From Myxococcota bacterium (GTDB lineage Bacteria; Myxococcota_A; SURF-8): a stretch of DNA of 64,000 nucleotides. Under the pieces are notes generated by a model. That model was not told the origin of the DNA. It saw nothing but the letters and a program-made list of their open reading frames with translations, and ran no database searches. The DNA lies in contig CAXXQS010000002.1 of the NCBI GenBank assembly GCA_963674735.2, positions 1,728,001 through 1,792,000 of the forward strand, read 5' to 3'. Position numbers and translations under genes: made by a program. Of the stretch, positions 20,488 to 30,841 are shown piece by piece (position 1 is the first letter of the stretch; every line of letters begins with the position of its first letter).

Positions 20488-22140
20488 ATGAACAAGCAGA
20501 TCTTCCTGATGTTACTGATGTTGTTGGCGATAGCCATTTCGACGGCTGGATTGAGTGGTTGCAACGAAAGCGACGGCGATACGCCCGACGGCGACTCACC
20601 CGACGGTGACGCACCCGATGGCGATACACCCGATGGCGACGCACCTGACGGCGACGCACCTGACGGCGACGCGCCCGACGGCGATACACCCGATGGCGAC
20701 GCACCTGACGGCGACGCGCCCGACGGCGATGCCCCTCACTGGCCCGATTGCGATTTATCGGCGAGCACGCAGGCGATCACCTTCATTCATATCAACGATC
20801 TGCACTCGGAATACACACCCGATCCGGCCTTCGACAATGAAAGTCCCGTGAGTCGTTTGCGTGGCTATTTCGAACAGGTGAAGGCCGAACAGCCCTTTAC
20901 CCTTTTTACCGATGGGGGAGACGATCACGAGAAAGGGTCGGTGGCCGAGCCGCTTTCAGACGGCTACAGCACCACCGAAATCGTTCACGCCATGGGGTTC
21001 GATGTGCGTGTCATCGGCAACCATGATTTTGCCTGGGGACCGGAAGAGGTGATGGCCTTCTCGCGTGATCCCCATGCTTTGGTCCTGGCCAGCAATACCA
21101 CCTATGATGGTCCGAATCCTGAAGACTGGTGGGCGGTTTCCTACGGAGAACGCAAAGTCGGTTGTGTGACCATTGGCTTTTTTGGAATGGCTCCCAAGCC
21201 CTATAACGCCAACAACCAATCCTACGCAGGTGATTACTACCCCGGCGGCGATTTTCACACTGATCACGACTATCCGGCGGTGGCTGCGGCCATCGTCCAG
21301 GCGCATCGCGCCGATGTGGATTTGATGGTGATGGTCAGCCATTTGGGAAATGGAACCGATGCAGACATCGCTGCTGCCGTTCCCGGAATCGACGTGATTC
21401 TGGGCGGACATTCGCACACGACTCTTTATCAGGAGGATAGGGTCGGTGAGACCGTTATTGTGCAGGCTGGTTCCAACGCCCTGTGGGCGGCGCATCTGGA
21501 TCTGACCGTCGACCTGGAAAATGGCGGGGTGGCCGACTACAACTATTCCCTCAACATGAACATGTCCGGAACCATGCCGGTGGACGAGACCGTACAAACG
21601 GCAGTGGAGACCACTATGCTGGAATATGCGCCGGAGGCCAATGATCCGGTCGCCATGGTGGTTGCAAATCGCAACGAGGCACAAGTCGCCGCGATCACGG
21701 CCCAGGCGGCAGTGGAAACGCTATCGGCGGATGCTGCAGTTGTGATCGTCGATGAAGTGTGGGCGACCTGGTCTTCTGGACCGCTGACTCAGCAAAAAAT
21801 GTTGAATACCTACAAAATAGAGCGTCAACCTGCCGGGTCGCCGGGCTTCAACAGTTTTTACACGGTCAGCTTGAGCGGCGATCAGCTTCAGGCAATCCGC
21901 GATCATCTGGATGACGGCTATGCTTGCGTCGTTCCCGGCGATATCGAGGCGGGAACGACCTATACCTTGGCCATACAAAAAATGCTTGCGTTCAATCCGG
22001 ATCTCTATCTCCCGGTGGGAACCGTGATGTCGGAACCGGTTTTCGCCATGGAAGCTTGGGAGTTGCTGGATACCTATGGCCGAGCCCGCACGCAGGCCGG
22101 TCTGTATATCGATGTGGAAGAAGCGTTGATGGCTTTGTAA
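20488..22140 (+). CDS. Lipoprotein with (PDGDx)11 linker and 5'-nucleotidase-like metallophosphoesterase
   Basis: Lipobox LSGC; HINDLHS, DGGD, GNHDF, SHLG, GGHSH. Confidence 0.85.
   Translation: MNKQIFLMLLMLLAIAISTAGLSGCNESDGDTPDGDSPDGDAPDGDTPDGDAPDGDAPDGDAPDGDTPDGDAPDGDAPDGDAPHWPDCDLSASTQAITFIHINDLHSEYTPDPAFDNESPVSRLRGYFEQVKAEQPFTLFTDGGDDHEKGSVAEPLSDGYSTTEIVHAMGFDVRVIGNHDFAWGPEEVMAFSRDPHALVLASNTTYDGPNPEDWWAVSYGERKVGCVTIGFFGMAPKPYNANNQSYAGDYYPGGDFHTDHDYPAVAAAIVQAHRADVDLMVMVSHLGNGTDADIAAAVPGIDVILGGHSHTTLYQEDRVGETVIVQAGSNALWAAHLDLTVDLENGGVADYNYSLNMNMSGTMPVDETVQTAVETTMLEYAPEANDPVAMVVANRNEAQVAAITAQAAVETLSADAAVVIVDEVWATWSSGPLTQQKMLNTYKIERQPAGSPGFNSFYTVSLSGDQLQAIRDHLDDGYACVVPGDIEAGTTYTLAIQKMLAFNPDLYLPVGTVMSEPVFAMEAWELLDTYGRARTQAGLYIDVEEALMAL
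20569..20733 (+). repeat. 15-bp coding tandem repeat, 11 x (PDGDx)
   Basis: CCxGAyGGyGAyrCx units in frame. Confidence 0.9.
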
Positions 22141-22161
22141 AACGACGCCTTGAAAAAATAA

Positions 22162-22195
22162 ATGGCCGATCCAAGCGGGTCGGCCGTCTTTTTTT
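22162..22195 (+). terminator. Terminator between convergent genes (possibly bidirectional)
   Basis: GGCCGAtCC...GGgTCGGCC stem flanked by A- and T-runs. Confidence 0.65.
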
Positions 22196-22216
22196 CAAAG
22201 AAAAAGCGTGTTCGGC

Positions 22217-23290
22217 TCAGTCGGCGGCTTTCCACCCGAACCAGGTGAGGAACGGCAATCCCGCGCCGGTGGCGGTTTCGATACCTTGACCGGATGACGC
22301 GACTTCGGCGTTCTGAATCAAAGCCCACTCGCCTTCCATGACCGGTTCATCGTCCCAGGTGTAGGTGGCGACGCTGCCGAGACCGTATATCAGGACGTCG
22401 CTACCGGCCGCCAGACCGGTCGTATTCTCGATCCATACATGCACGGCATCGGGGTCGTGCACTTCCACCTCGGGTGCAACGGTGAAGAGTTGTGCGGGTG
22501 GGTCGGCCGGATCGATAAAGCAGGGCCAGCCCCAGGCGTCGGCGTCCCACTCCATCAGGTTGATATCGGCATAGCCGCCCTCCAACGGAGTCAGATCTTC
22601 GGGAATGACGGTCAACATCGAGTCGCCGGAGAGGTGCATCGCGTGTTCCGTTGCCGGATCGTCCAGCGGGTCGCGAAGCGATTCGGGGACGGCAGGCAGT
22701 TTGAAGGCGGTGCTTGTATCGACGTTACCCCCGCTTCCGAGATCGATGGGACAGGACAGCGAAATGCGGCCGGTCAGCTCCACCGGCAGGAAACGAATCG
22801 CCGAATGCTGGAGGCATTGCTGTGCTTCGGGGACCAGCACCTGGTAACGGCCGTTATCGTCGGTGAAAACGGGGCGCAAGCAGGCGCCTTGGTTGTCCGG
22901 TCCGATTATGCAGGCAAAAACGCTGACATCCACCAGCGGGTCGTCGTTTTCGTCCACCACCAAGCCTGATAGCGAGGTGACGCGTACGCCATCGCAACTC
23001 GGGTCGTCGCCATCGGGGGTGTCGCCATCCGGGTCGTCGCCGTCGGGATCGTCACCATCGGGGTCGTCACCATCGGGTTCGTCGCCGTCGGGCTCGTCGC
23101 CGTCGGGGTTGTCGCCATCCGGGTTGTCGCCATCCGGGTTGTCGCCGTCGGGATTGTCGCCGTCGGGGTTGTCGCCATCCGGATTGTCGCCGTCAGTGCT
23201 GTCGTCGCTTCCACAGGCGGTTCCAAGTGCGAGTAAAACGATCAGGAACAGGAAAAACAAGGCAGATTGCAGGGCGTGTCGGTTGTGCAT
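22217..23290 (-). CDS. Lipoprotein with (PDGDx)13 linker and carboxypeptidase-regulatory-like beta domain
   Basis: Lipobox GTAC; LSGLVVDENDDPLVDVSV...TDDNGRY. Confidence 0.75.
   Translation of the reverse strand: MHNRHALQSALFFLFLIVLLALGTACGSDDSTDGDNPDGDNPDGDNPDGDNPDGDNPDGDNPDGDEPDGDEPDGDDPDGDDPDGDDPDGDTPDGDDPSCDGVRVTSLSGLVVDENDDPLVDVSVFACIIGPDNQGACLRPVFTDDNGRYQVLVPEAQQCLQHSAIRFLPVELTGRISLSCPIDLGSGGNVDTSTAFKLPAVPESLRDPLDDPATEHAMHLSGDSMLTVIPEDLTPLEGGYADINLMEWDADAWGWPCFIDPADPPAQLFTVAPEVEVHDPDAVHVWIENTTGLAAGSDVLIYGLGSVATYTWDDEPVMEGEWALIQNAEVASSGQGIETATGAGLPFLTWFGWKAAD
23003..23197 (-). repeat. 15-bp coding tandem repeat, 13 x (PDGDx)
   Basis: In-frame PDGDN/E/D/T units. Confidence 0.9.
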
Positions 23291-23357
23291 GAATGCTTCT
23301 CCAAAATAAAAACCGGCGCACCAAAGAGGCTACGCCGGACCGTTTTTTTATCCGTTT

Positions 23358-25028
23358 TTACAGCTCGCCGTCGGCGGCTTCAGCCTCAACGACTTCCAAC
23401 TCGGTTTCATCTTCGGTCATCTCAGCTTCGGCGATATCGCCATCCGTTTCATCCTCGGTTGATTCGGCTTCCATCTCGTCTTCCGTTCCGTCGCCATCCA
23501 CTTCGGCGTCCGTGTCGCCATCGACAACCGGGTCCATGTTGTCTTCCGCGATTCCGATATAATCGAAGGGCGGTAGAGGATTGTCGCCGAGTTCTTGAAT
23601 CAGCTTCATGTCCGACATGCGGATGGCCGATACCCAAGGGATGCCGCTGAACATTTCGGAGTAGAAGATCACGGGGAAACCGGCCGTGTTGTCGTGGTCG
23701 GAAATGCGGATACCCTTTTCGCAGCCATAGCCATCCATGAGCCCGTCGGCGTATTCGGCGTCGGAATCACGTCCGGCGGCGTCTTGTCCGATCACGTAGA
23801 GAAGCTGGGATTGACGCGCGATCAGTTCCTCTTCCAGTCCGCCATCGTTGCAAACGCGCTGGCGGAACAAGTCGCGACACGCCGGGCACCAGCCGGCGCC
23901 GACGAAGACGAAAAGGGTTTTGATTTCGGGGTGGTCGCAGCGGTACTGAGCCAGATCGAGGCCCACATCCTGGCCTTTGTAATAGGCGCTGGGCCATTCC
24001 ATCGGCGGAACGACTCCCGGCTCCGGATTGCTCTGGCCGGGTGACGGGCCCATGAAATGATAGGGACCATCCGGGTAGTCGCAGGTTGTGTCGGTGGGTT
24101 TTTCCATGTCCACATAGCCCGGCTCGGTGATGGCATCGAGGAACGTTTTATCTCCGAGGCACCATTGCCAGCCGTCTTCGACCGGTGTGGTATAGCCATT
24201 GCTGGTTTTGATCGTGACTTCCTGCAGGTTGAGGTCGGTGAATGAACCGCCGAAGGGTTCCTTGAGCGCTTTCCCCAACTCGGTGAAGCTGACCGTCGCA
24301 CCGGCGATGGGCATGAAGCTGCGTGCGCAGGTCAGGGTGCCGGAACTACCGATGTTGCAGGCCTGTTGCACGGTAATGCAGGTGCTGCAGGTGGCCATGC
24401 TGGTATCGGCTTCCGCGATGGTGAAGGTGGTAGGACTTTGCGGCCCGCCTTTGTCGCCCTTGATCACGACTGTCAGAACATCCACCGGATAGGCGCTTTT
24501 GTTGTAAACGGTATAGGTCCAGGTGGCGAGGTCGGTTTCGTCGTCGACCTCCACTTCCGCCCGTTGGCTGCGGGTGACGAAGCCTTCTTTGTCACAGGGG
24601 TTGTCATCATCGCCGTCGGGATCGTCGCCGTCGGGATCGTCACCGTCTGAGTTGTCACCGTCGGGATCATCGCCATCGGGGTCGTCGCCATCGGAAGCAT
24701 CGCACAGGCAATCGAAGTTGCCGGTAGAGGTCATGCCGCAGCCGACGGCTTGAACACCCAGCGCCATGCAGGCCATGTTGCAGTTTTTGACTTTCCATTC
24801 GCCGAATTCGCAGGCACACAGGTTGCTTCCCATACAATAGCCGCCGGTGGTTGCATCGGCACAAGAGCCTTCACAGGCCGGTTCGTCGCCATCGCCGTCG
24901 GAACTGTCTCCGTCTTCGGTGTCGCCATCCGACGATGATCCGTCGGATTCATTGCAGCCACTTGCCGCGAAGACGATCAGGGAAAGGGCCAGCATGGCGA
25001 TCAGCGTCCAGATCTGTGTGCGTTTCAT
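23358..25028 (-). CDS. Acidic Cys-rich lipoprotein with DGD repeats and a thioredoxin-like CxxC domain
   Basis: Lipobox ASGC; Cys-rich module, six xDGDD/N units, GAGWCPAC, acidic tail. Confidence 0.75.
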   Translation of the reverse strand: MKRTQIWTLIAMLALSLIVFAASGCNESDGSSSDGDTEDGDSSDGDGDEPACEGSCADATTGGYCMGSNLCACEFGEWKVKNCNMACMALGVQAVGCGMTSTGNFDCLCDASDGDDPDGDDPDGDNSDGDDPDGDDPDGDDDNPCDKEGFVTRSQRAEVEVDDETDLATWTYTVYNKSAYPVDVLTVVIKGDKGGPQSPTTFTIAEADTSMATCSTCITVQQACNIGSSGTLTCARSFMPIAGATVSFTELGKALKEPFGGSFTDLNLQEVTIKTSNGYTTPVEDGWQWCLGDKTFLDAITEPGYVDMEKPTDTTCDYPDGPYHFMGPSPGQSNPEPGVVPPMEWPSAYYKGQDVGLDLAQYRCDHPEIKTLFVFVGAGWCPACRDLFRQRVCNDGGLEEELIARQSQLLYVIGQDAAGRDSDAEYADGLMDGYGCEKGIRISDHDNTAGFPVIFYSEMFSGIPWVSAIRMSDMKLIQELGDNPLPPFDYIGIAEDNMDPVVDGDTDAEVDGDGTEDEMEAESTEDETDGDIAEAEMTEDETELEVVEAEAADGEL

Positions 25029-25315
25029 GAAATATCCTTTAGCATCGGTTGTCGTTACATGGGGGTCGATCAGCTTGCGCGGGTACGTATAAGGCGATGG
25101 TGCTCACCTCGGAACCCGGGGCGCTGTTCGTCTTTGTTTGCAATTTTAATTGCGGTCTTTAATGTGAAAGCTCCGTGACAAGCTTGTCGCACCTTGTCCA
25201 CACAAAGCGGCAAAGACTATTTGATAACCCACACGGTGTGATTTGTCAATGCCGATTGCCGGATAAGCGTGCAAGAATCGAGGGTTAAAACCTAGATATC
25301 CGTCGGAATGCTGGG

Positions 25316-25759
25316 TTAGTCGGCGGTTTCATCCGGATTTTCGGGCTCCGTACTTTCGGCTTCCGGCTGTGTTTCTTCTGCCGTTTGTTCAGGTTGCTGC
25401 TCGATTTCCAGTGACTTGACCGACGGTCCCGGAGCGGGCAGGGGCGGTGTGTAGGGTGTCGTGAAGGGCAGATCGGTTTCCGTTACGGCATCCGGGGGAT
25501 CGACTTTGCCCAGACCTTGTTCCGGCGGCGACCATTTTTCCCAGTTATTGGCCACATTATCGGCTCCGCCGGCCATTTCACCCACGGCGATGCTCGAAGC
25601 CGCTTTTCTATCGTGGGGATTGGGCAGGCTCTCGGCCCGTTCCTGCTTGGCCTTGTAGGCGCGGTAGTTCCGCTCGTGGCCGTCGTTGGCGTAGGTGGCA
25701 CAGGCGCTCAAACCGAAAACGACGGAAACGACGATGATCATCCGGCGTAGCATGGCCAC
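25316..25759 (-). CDS. Hypothetical lipoprotein
   Basis: Lipobox LSAC; AAGGAGG RBS. Confidence 0.7.
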   Translation of the reverse strand: MAMLRRMIIVVSVVFGLSACATYANDGHERNYRAYKAKQERAESLPNPHDRKAASSIAVGEMAGGADNVANNWEKWSPPEQGLGKVDPPDAVTETDLPFTTPYTPPLPAPGPSVKSLEIEQQPEQTAEETQPEAESTEPENPDETAD

Positions 25760-26190
25760 CTCCTTGGAATGGCGTTCAACACATTTTTATTATACCGTGC
25801 TACGGAAAGAAAACAAGATCGGGATGCGAAAGAAGGGGGCAACCTCACCCATCCGCCGTTCCGTCGCTGCCGCGAACACGGGAGGAAAATATCTCACCCA
25901 CCCGCTTGGCGGACCTCTTTCATATTGTGGAGGGGCGATTTCGTTCGCCGTTAAACGGCGAACCCTTTCCACCCTGCAATACGGGGAGGGAGCGAAGCTT
26001 CGCCGGGAGGGGTTGTCCAACTCAATTGCCGCCATTTCCTCACACATCGGACATTATTTTAAATATCTCTACCATCATTGCTTTTAAGCTGCCTGATTCG
26101 TGATGATGCGCTTTACCATGGATTTCTTTAATCCATGAACGCCCTTTGCAAACCTGGTCATGGTGTTCGAGTCCAAAGTCTTGCAAAACG

Positions 26191-26216
26191 AAAACACCCC
26201 GGCCGAAACCGGGGTG
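26191..26216 (-). terminator. Rho-independent terminator
   Basis: CACCCCGG-tttcgg-CCGGGGTG-TTTT on the minus strand, after the 26242 gene. Confidence 0.7.
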
Positions 26217-26241
26217 CGAGTTGTTCAATCTGAAATGTACT

Positions 26242-27522
26242 TTACTCGGCGCTTTTTCTTTCGATGGTGATCGCCGGGGTGGTGGCCAGGTAGTCGTCCT
26301 CGAAGTATTTCCAGTAGCGTTCATCCTGGTTGACGAAGATGTTCAGATAGGCGGTCGTGGCGGTGTTGATCAGACCATAGGCGAGATCGGGATCGGTGAA
26401 ACCGGTTCCACACCCGTATTCGGGAAGGTTGAGAATCTCGCACATGTTGGAGAACGTGAAGTGCCCCGCTCCTTCCAGCTCCCAGTAAATCGTGTCGGGG
26501 TGAGTGGCGTGTTCGAAGAAGGGGTAGACTTCCGAGACCGCCGGGATGGTGTCGTCCAATTCGCCTGCCATCAGCAGCATGGGGACGTCGATGGCTTCGA
26601 TTTCGCCTTCTTTAAATACCGCTTGCAGGGCCGGACACATGGGTACCGAGACCAGGATGCGGTCGTCTTTGAAACTACAGGGCGTGCAGTCCTCCGCATA
26701 GGACATGTCGGCGTCTTCCAGCATATCCTCGCAAAAACGCCAGCCGCCGGTCCAGTTTTCTTCGCCCAATTCCTCGCATTTATCAAGGAAATCGTTCATG
26801 TCGAAGGCTGGGCCTAACACGGCGATGACGGAGTAAGCGCCGAAACTGTGGCCGGTAGCGCCGATGCGGGCCGGGTCGATTTTACCTTCGAGCATATGGC
26901 CGGAGGTGGTGTTCCATTCCAAGAGCGTATCGATCATCAGCGATAGATCCTGTGGACGGTCCAAGGCGCTTTTCACCAGGTATTTGTCATCCTGGGTCCC
27001 GGTGGTGTCTTCGATGTGATCGCAGGCGGCAACGATGAAACCGTGGGTGGTCAGGTATTCGGTGAGGAAGTAGCTCTGGGCGTCGAAACTCTGGTGGCCG
27101 TGGGAGAAGACGATCAGTGGAAATGGCCCGGGGGTTTCCGTCAACGGAGCGTCTTCGATGGCGCTGCCGAGTGGGATAACACCCTGATAATACATGATAT
27201 CACCTTCCGATTGATCGGTTGGATACCAAACCGTGCCGGTCAGGTCGCGCCCGCGCGCGGCATCGACGAAGCGAGTGGAAAAGGCGCCGACGTGATAGGG
27301 ACCGGGATCTTCGGCGGGCAGGAATTCCGGTTCGTCGCCGTCCGGGTCATCGCCATCGGGTTCGTCGCCGTCGGGGTCATCACCGTCGGGATCATCACCG
27401 TCGGGGCTGTCGCCATCCGGGTTGTCGCCATCGGTCGGCGCTGTTTCGTCATCGGACCCGCAGGCCGATAGCGCGAATAATAACAAAGCGATCGAGCATC
27501 CGATTATCCACTTTCGCAACAT
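26242..27522 (-). CDS. Lipoprotein with (PDGDx)7 linker and alpha/beta hydrolase (PAF-AH/dienelactone hydrolase-like)
   Basis: Lipobox LSAC; PLIVFSHG, GHSFG nucleophile elbow, GELDD, GAGHFTF. Confidence 0.85.
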   Translation of the reverse strand: MLRKWIIGCSIALLLFALSACGSDDETAPTDGDNPDGDSPDGDDPDGDDPDGDEPDGDDPDGDEPEFLPAEDPGPYHVGAFSTRFVDAARGRDLTGTVWYPTDQSEGDIMYYQGVIPLGSAIEDAPLTETPGPFPLIVFSHGHQSFDAQSYFLTEYLTTHGFIVAACDHIEDTTGTQDDKYLVKSALDRPQDLSLMIDTLLEWNTTSGHMLEGKIDPARIGATGHSFGAYSVIAVLGPAFDMNDFLDKCEELGEENWTGGWRFCEDMLEDADMSYAEDCTPCSFKDDRILVSVPMCPALQAVFKEGEIEAIDVPMLLMAGELDDTIPAVSEVYPFFEHATHPDTIYWELEGAGHFTFSNMCEILNLPEYGCGTGFTDPDLAYGLINTATTAYLNIFVNQDERYWKYFEDDYLATTPAITIERKSAE

Positions 27523-27609
27523 GATACACCTCTGCTTCTTGATTTAATGGTCGGATCGTGCGTGACCGGAACCAGCATAGCGCCATCGGTCGTGGCGGGC
27601 AAGATTTCC

Positions 27610-28788
27610 TTAATCCTTGTTACGTTTCCGGGTTGGACCGAGTACCTCTTTTCCGAAGCGCTCGACGATGGCATCGGAGGCGGCGGCCAGACGGCGCTGG
27701 CGAGCGTCGGCGGGGGCGAACAGGTCGAGTTGTCCGTCTTCCGACCACTCCGAGAGTCCCAGGCCGATCAAACGCACCGGGCGTCCCAGAAATCCGCTGG
27801 ACTCCAGCAGCCTCCAGGCTTCGTGAAAAAGAGCGTTGGCGAGGTCGGTGGGAGTGGCCAGGGTATGGCGGCGGGTGTGGGTTTCGAAGTTTTCGAGGCG
27901 GATCTTGAGTTGGACGCAACGCCCGCGCAGGCCGTGTTTGCGCGCTCGTCGCGCCACGGTGTCGGCCTGTTCGCGCAGAACCGCGCGCAGACGCTCCGGG
28001 TCGCGTTCGTCGTGGCCGAAGGTGTATTCTTTCGAAATGGAGCGGCGTTCCTCGCTGTCGCCGACCCGCGTTGAGCCGATTCCGTGCGATTGGCGGTGCA
28101 AGAGCGTGCCCGCCGTATCGCCGAAACGGTGTCGCAGATCGTCGAGGGCGAAGCGGCGCAGCTGTTCGACACGCCGAATTCCGGCTCGTTCGAGGCGCTC
28201 GACCAGCTTCGGTCCTACGCCGCGCAGCGCCGACACCGGCAGCGGGGCGAGGAAGTCGAGCACGCGCTCGGCCGGGACGATCGTCAGCCCGTCGGGTTTG
28301 TCGAAGTCGGAGGCGATTTTAGCCACCAGCCGGTTGGGGGCGATCCCCACCGAAGCGGTGAGCCCGGTGGCGGTGTGGATCAGATCCTTGGCGCGTCGGC
28401 CGATGGCGTCGGGCGGACCCACCAGCCGTTCCAGGCCTGCGATATCGACATACGCTTCGTCGATGGAGACCGGCTCCACCGTGGGGGAGAGCGCTTCCAG
28501 GGCCGCCATCACCCGCTGCGACTCGGCGGTATAGCGCGACATGTCGGGCTTGAGATAGACGGCGTCGGGGCAGCGTCGATAAGCCTCATTGATGGGCATG
28601 GCCGAATGGACGCCGAAGCGACGCGCCTCATACGAACAGGTAGACACTACGCCCCGGTGACCCGGTTGCGCTCCGATCACCACCGCGCGTCCGGCCAGTT
28701 CCGGGTGGTCGCGTTGCTCGACGGCCGCGAAAAAGGCGTCCATATCGACGTGCATCACGAGCGGTTCGGATTGTGTTGAAACTGGCAT
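27610..28788 (-). CDS. dinB: DNA polymerase IV
   Basis: HVDMDAFFAAVEQ, SYEARRFGVHSAMP, SIDEAY, KIASDFDKPDG; start set downstream of tRNA-Arg. Confidence 0.93.
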   Translation of the reverse strand: MPVSTQSEPLVMHVDMDAFFAAVEQRDHPELAGRAVVIGAQPGHRGVVSTCSYEARRFGVHSAMPINEAYRRCPDAVYLKPDMSRYTAESQRVMAALEALSPTVEPVSIDEAYVDIAGLERLVGPPDAIGRRAKDLIHTATGLTASVGIAPNRLVAKIASDFDKPDGLTIVPAERVLDFLAPLPVSALRGVGPKLVERLERAGIRRVEQLRRFALDDLRHRFGDTAGTLLHRQSHGIGSTRVGDSEERRSISKEYTFGHDERDPERLRAVLREQADTVARRARKHGLRGRCVQLKIRLENFETHTRRHTLATPTDLANALFHEAWRLLESSGFLGRPVRLIGLGLSEWSEDGQLDLFAPADARQRRLAAASDAIVERFGKEVLGPTRKRNKD

Positions 28789-28869
28789 TGGCTTTCCCAG
28801 CGGTTGATTCGCCCCTATCCTGGCCGCGCCGCGCCGGGATGTCAAGCGGGGGAGATGGGGGAGGGAACG

Positions 28870-28895
28870 AAAAAACCCCGCGTGTGCGGGGCTTT
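28870..28895 (-). terminator. Terminator after tRNA-Arg
   Basis: CCCCGC-acac-GCGGGG followed by TTTTTT on the minus strand. Confidence 0.7.
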
Positions 28896-28900
28896 CGATT

Positions 28901-28977
28901 TGGTACGCCATGCAGGACTCGAACCTGCAACCCTCGGCTTAGAAGGCCGATGCTCTGTCCGGTTGAGCTAATGGCGC
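28901..28977 (-). tRNA. tRNA-Arg (TCT)
   Basis: GCGCCATTAGCTCAACCGGACAGAGCATCGGCCTTCTAAGCCGAGGGTTGCAGGTTCGAGTCCTGCATGGCGTACCA. Confidence 0.96.
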
Positions 28978-28992
28978 ATAGGTTCCTCTGTC

Positions 28993-30816
28993 TCAGGCTT
29001 TGGCGGCGGCCGCCTCCTTGGCCTGCGCGGATTTCTTGCCGATCCACCATTGCTGGGCGATCGTCATCACCGTATTGGCCAGAATATACAAGACCAACCC
29101 GGAAGGCAAGACCAGCATGAAGACGAACATCATCACCGGCATCATGTACATCATCATCTTCTGCTGCTGCGAATCGGGGGTGGGTGTGAGTTTTTGCTGT
29201 ACGAACATCAACACACCTAAAAGCGCCGGGAGAATATAGTAAGGATCGGGACGCACGAGGTCGGTCAACCAGCCGGGAATGAAGGGTTCGTTGTAGAGCT
29301 CCACCGCGTTTTGCAGCATTTTGTAAAGCGCAATGTAGACGGGCATCTGCAACAGCATCGGCAAACAGCCGCCCATGGGGTTGACCCCCTCCCGTTTGTA
29401 CAACTCCATCATCTGCTTGTTGAATTCCTGTTTGTCCTCCCCGTGCTTGGCCTTCAACTCGTCCATCTTGGGTTTGAGTTCCTTCATCTTCTGCATCGAC
29501 TGGAAGGATTTGTAGGTCAAGGGGTACAGAATGAGCTTGATCAGGATGGTCAGAATGATGATCGCGATGCCCCAGTTGTACACGAACTTGTAACTGTATT
29601 TCAGCACCCACAACATGGGTTTGGCCAGTGCGCCCAATACCCAGAAATCCACCGATTCGTCCAGGCGGTGCCCCACCTTGGTCAAGGTGGTGTACTCCTT
29701 GGGACCGATGAACATCTGGTAGGAAAGATCCTTGCTTTCACCGGGCATGACACGCTGCTTTTCCAACATGTGTGTTACCGCCAGCCAGTTGTGCGTCCCC
29801 TCCGTGCCCAAGGCGTCGGTAGAGGCCTGCTGGACGTTCTTGATGGTGATCTGGGAGCGCAGGTCGTCGGGCGGCAGCAGCGACAGCAGGAAATAGCGGT
29901 CATCGATGCCGGCCCATAAAATCTGACCTTTGAGGATCTTGGCGGTCTGCAATTCTTCCTTGTCCGTCTCTTCGTACAATTCGCCGTCGATGAAGGCCTT
30001 GGGAATCTGCAGGTTGAGCGGCATGGAGCCGAAGATGCCTTGTTGCACGTTGGCATCGTTCTGGTGGCTGACGAGGCGGATTTTGGGGAAGAAACTGGCC
30101 GGAGCGGCGGCCCGGTTTTCCACCGAAAGTATCAGGCTGAAGACGTAGTCGCCTTTGAAGGCAAAACGCTTGCGTAACACCACGCCCTGGGGCGTTTCGT
30201 ATCGATAGACCACCGACGTGTCGTCGGCGTCTTCGAGTTCGAAGGTGGTGTCGGGGTCGTAACTGAAATTCGCCTGATCGAATAGGAGCGTGCCGGGAAA
30301 GTTTTCAGGTTCCTTGACCGTCACCACGTCCACCTGGCGACGCTCGTCTTCGGAACCCGGCACCGGTTCGGAATATTTGTCGGATTTCAGGATGAACGAC
30401 TTCAAACGAGCGCCACGGTTGGTAAAGGTGGCGAGGAACTCGTTTGTTTCGATAATCGTATTCTGCTCGGCCGGGACCGGAGCTTCAGCCTTGGCCGGGG
30501 GTTCCGCTTCGAGAGTCGGTGCGGTGTCGGCGCTTTTCTCCTCGGAATCGGCGGCGATGGCCGGAGTGTCGGTCTCCGCGACGGCTGGTGCATCGGATTC
30601 CGCATTCAGCGCGGGCAGCATGCTTTCGGGTTTCTCACCGACGGCCGTCGGCTCGTCGAAACTCGGTTTGACGGCGTCGGGAACCGGGGCTTTTTCGGCA
30701 ACCGCCGGCTTTTTAACCGGCGTCGGCGCTTTGGGCGGCGGCGGATTGATGACGACATTCCACAGGAAGAGGATTCCCATCGAAAGTACCAGGGCGAGAA
30801 TCAGGCGACGTTCCAC
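28993..30816 (-). CDS. yidC: Membrane protein insertase YidC
   Basis: NWGIAIIILT, NPMGGCLPMLLQMPVYIALY, PDPYYILP. Confidence 0.96.
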   Translation of the reverse strand: MERRLILALVLSMGILFLWNVVINPPPPKAPTPVKKPAVAEKAPVPDAVKPSFDEPTAVGEKPESMLPALNAESDAPAVAETDTPAIAADSEEKSADTAPTLEAEPPAKAEAPVPAEQNTIIETNEFLATFTNRGARLKSFILKSDKYSEPVPGSEDERRQVDVVTVKEPENFPGTLLFDQANFSYDPDTTFELEDADDTSVVYRYETPQGVVLRKRFAFKGDYVFSLILSVENRAAAPASFFPKIRLVSHQNDANVQQGIFGSMPLNLQIPKAFIDGELYEETDKEELQTAKILKGQILWAGIDDRYFLLSLLPPDDLRSQITIKNVQQASTDALGTEGTHNWLAVTHMLEKQRVMPGESKDLSYQMFIGPKEYTTLTKVGHRLDESVDFWVLGALAKPMLWVLKYSYKFVYNWGIAIIILTILIKLILYPLTYKSFQSMQKMKELKPKMDELKAKHGEDKQEFNKQMMELYKREGVNPMGGCLPMLLQMPVYIALYKMLQNAVELYNEPFIPGWLTDLVRPDPYYILPALLGVLMFVQQKLTPTPDSQQQKMMMYMMPVMMFVFMLVLPSGLVLYILANTVMTIAQQWWIGKKSAQAKEAAAAKA

Positions 30817-30841
30817 AGGCCCTCTCCTTGAGGTTCGGTCG

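Noticed and set aside
25830-26020. REP-like palindromic patch between lipoprotein genes
   Set aside because: Short hairpins are present (e.g. TTCGCCGTTAAACGGCGAA), but no second copy or defined ends in the window.
20569-27435. CRISPR array (regular short repeats)
   Set aside because: The repeats are 15-bp in-frame coding units without unique spacers; no cas genes.
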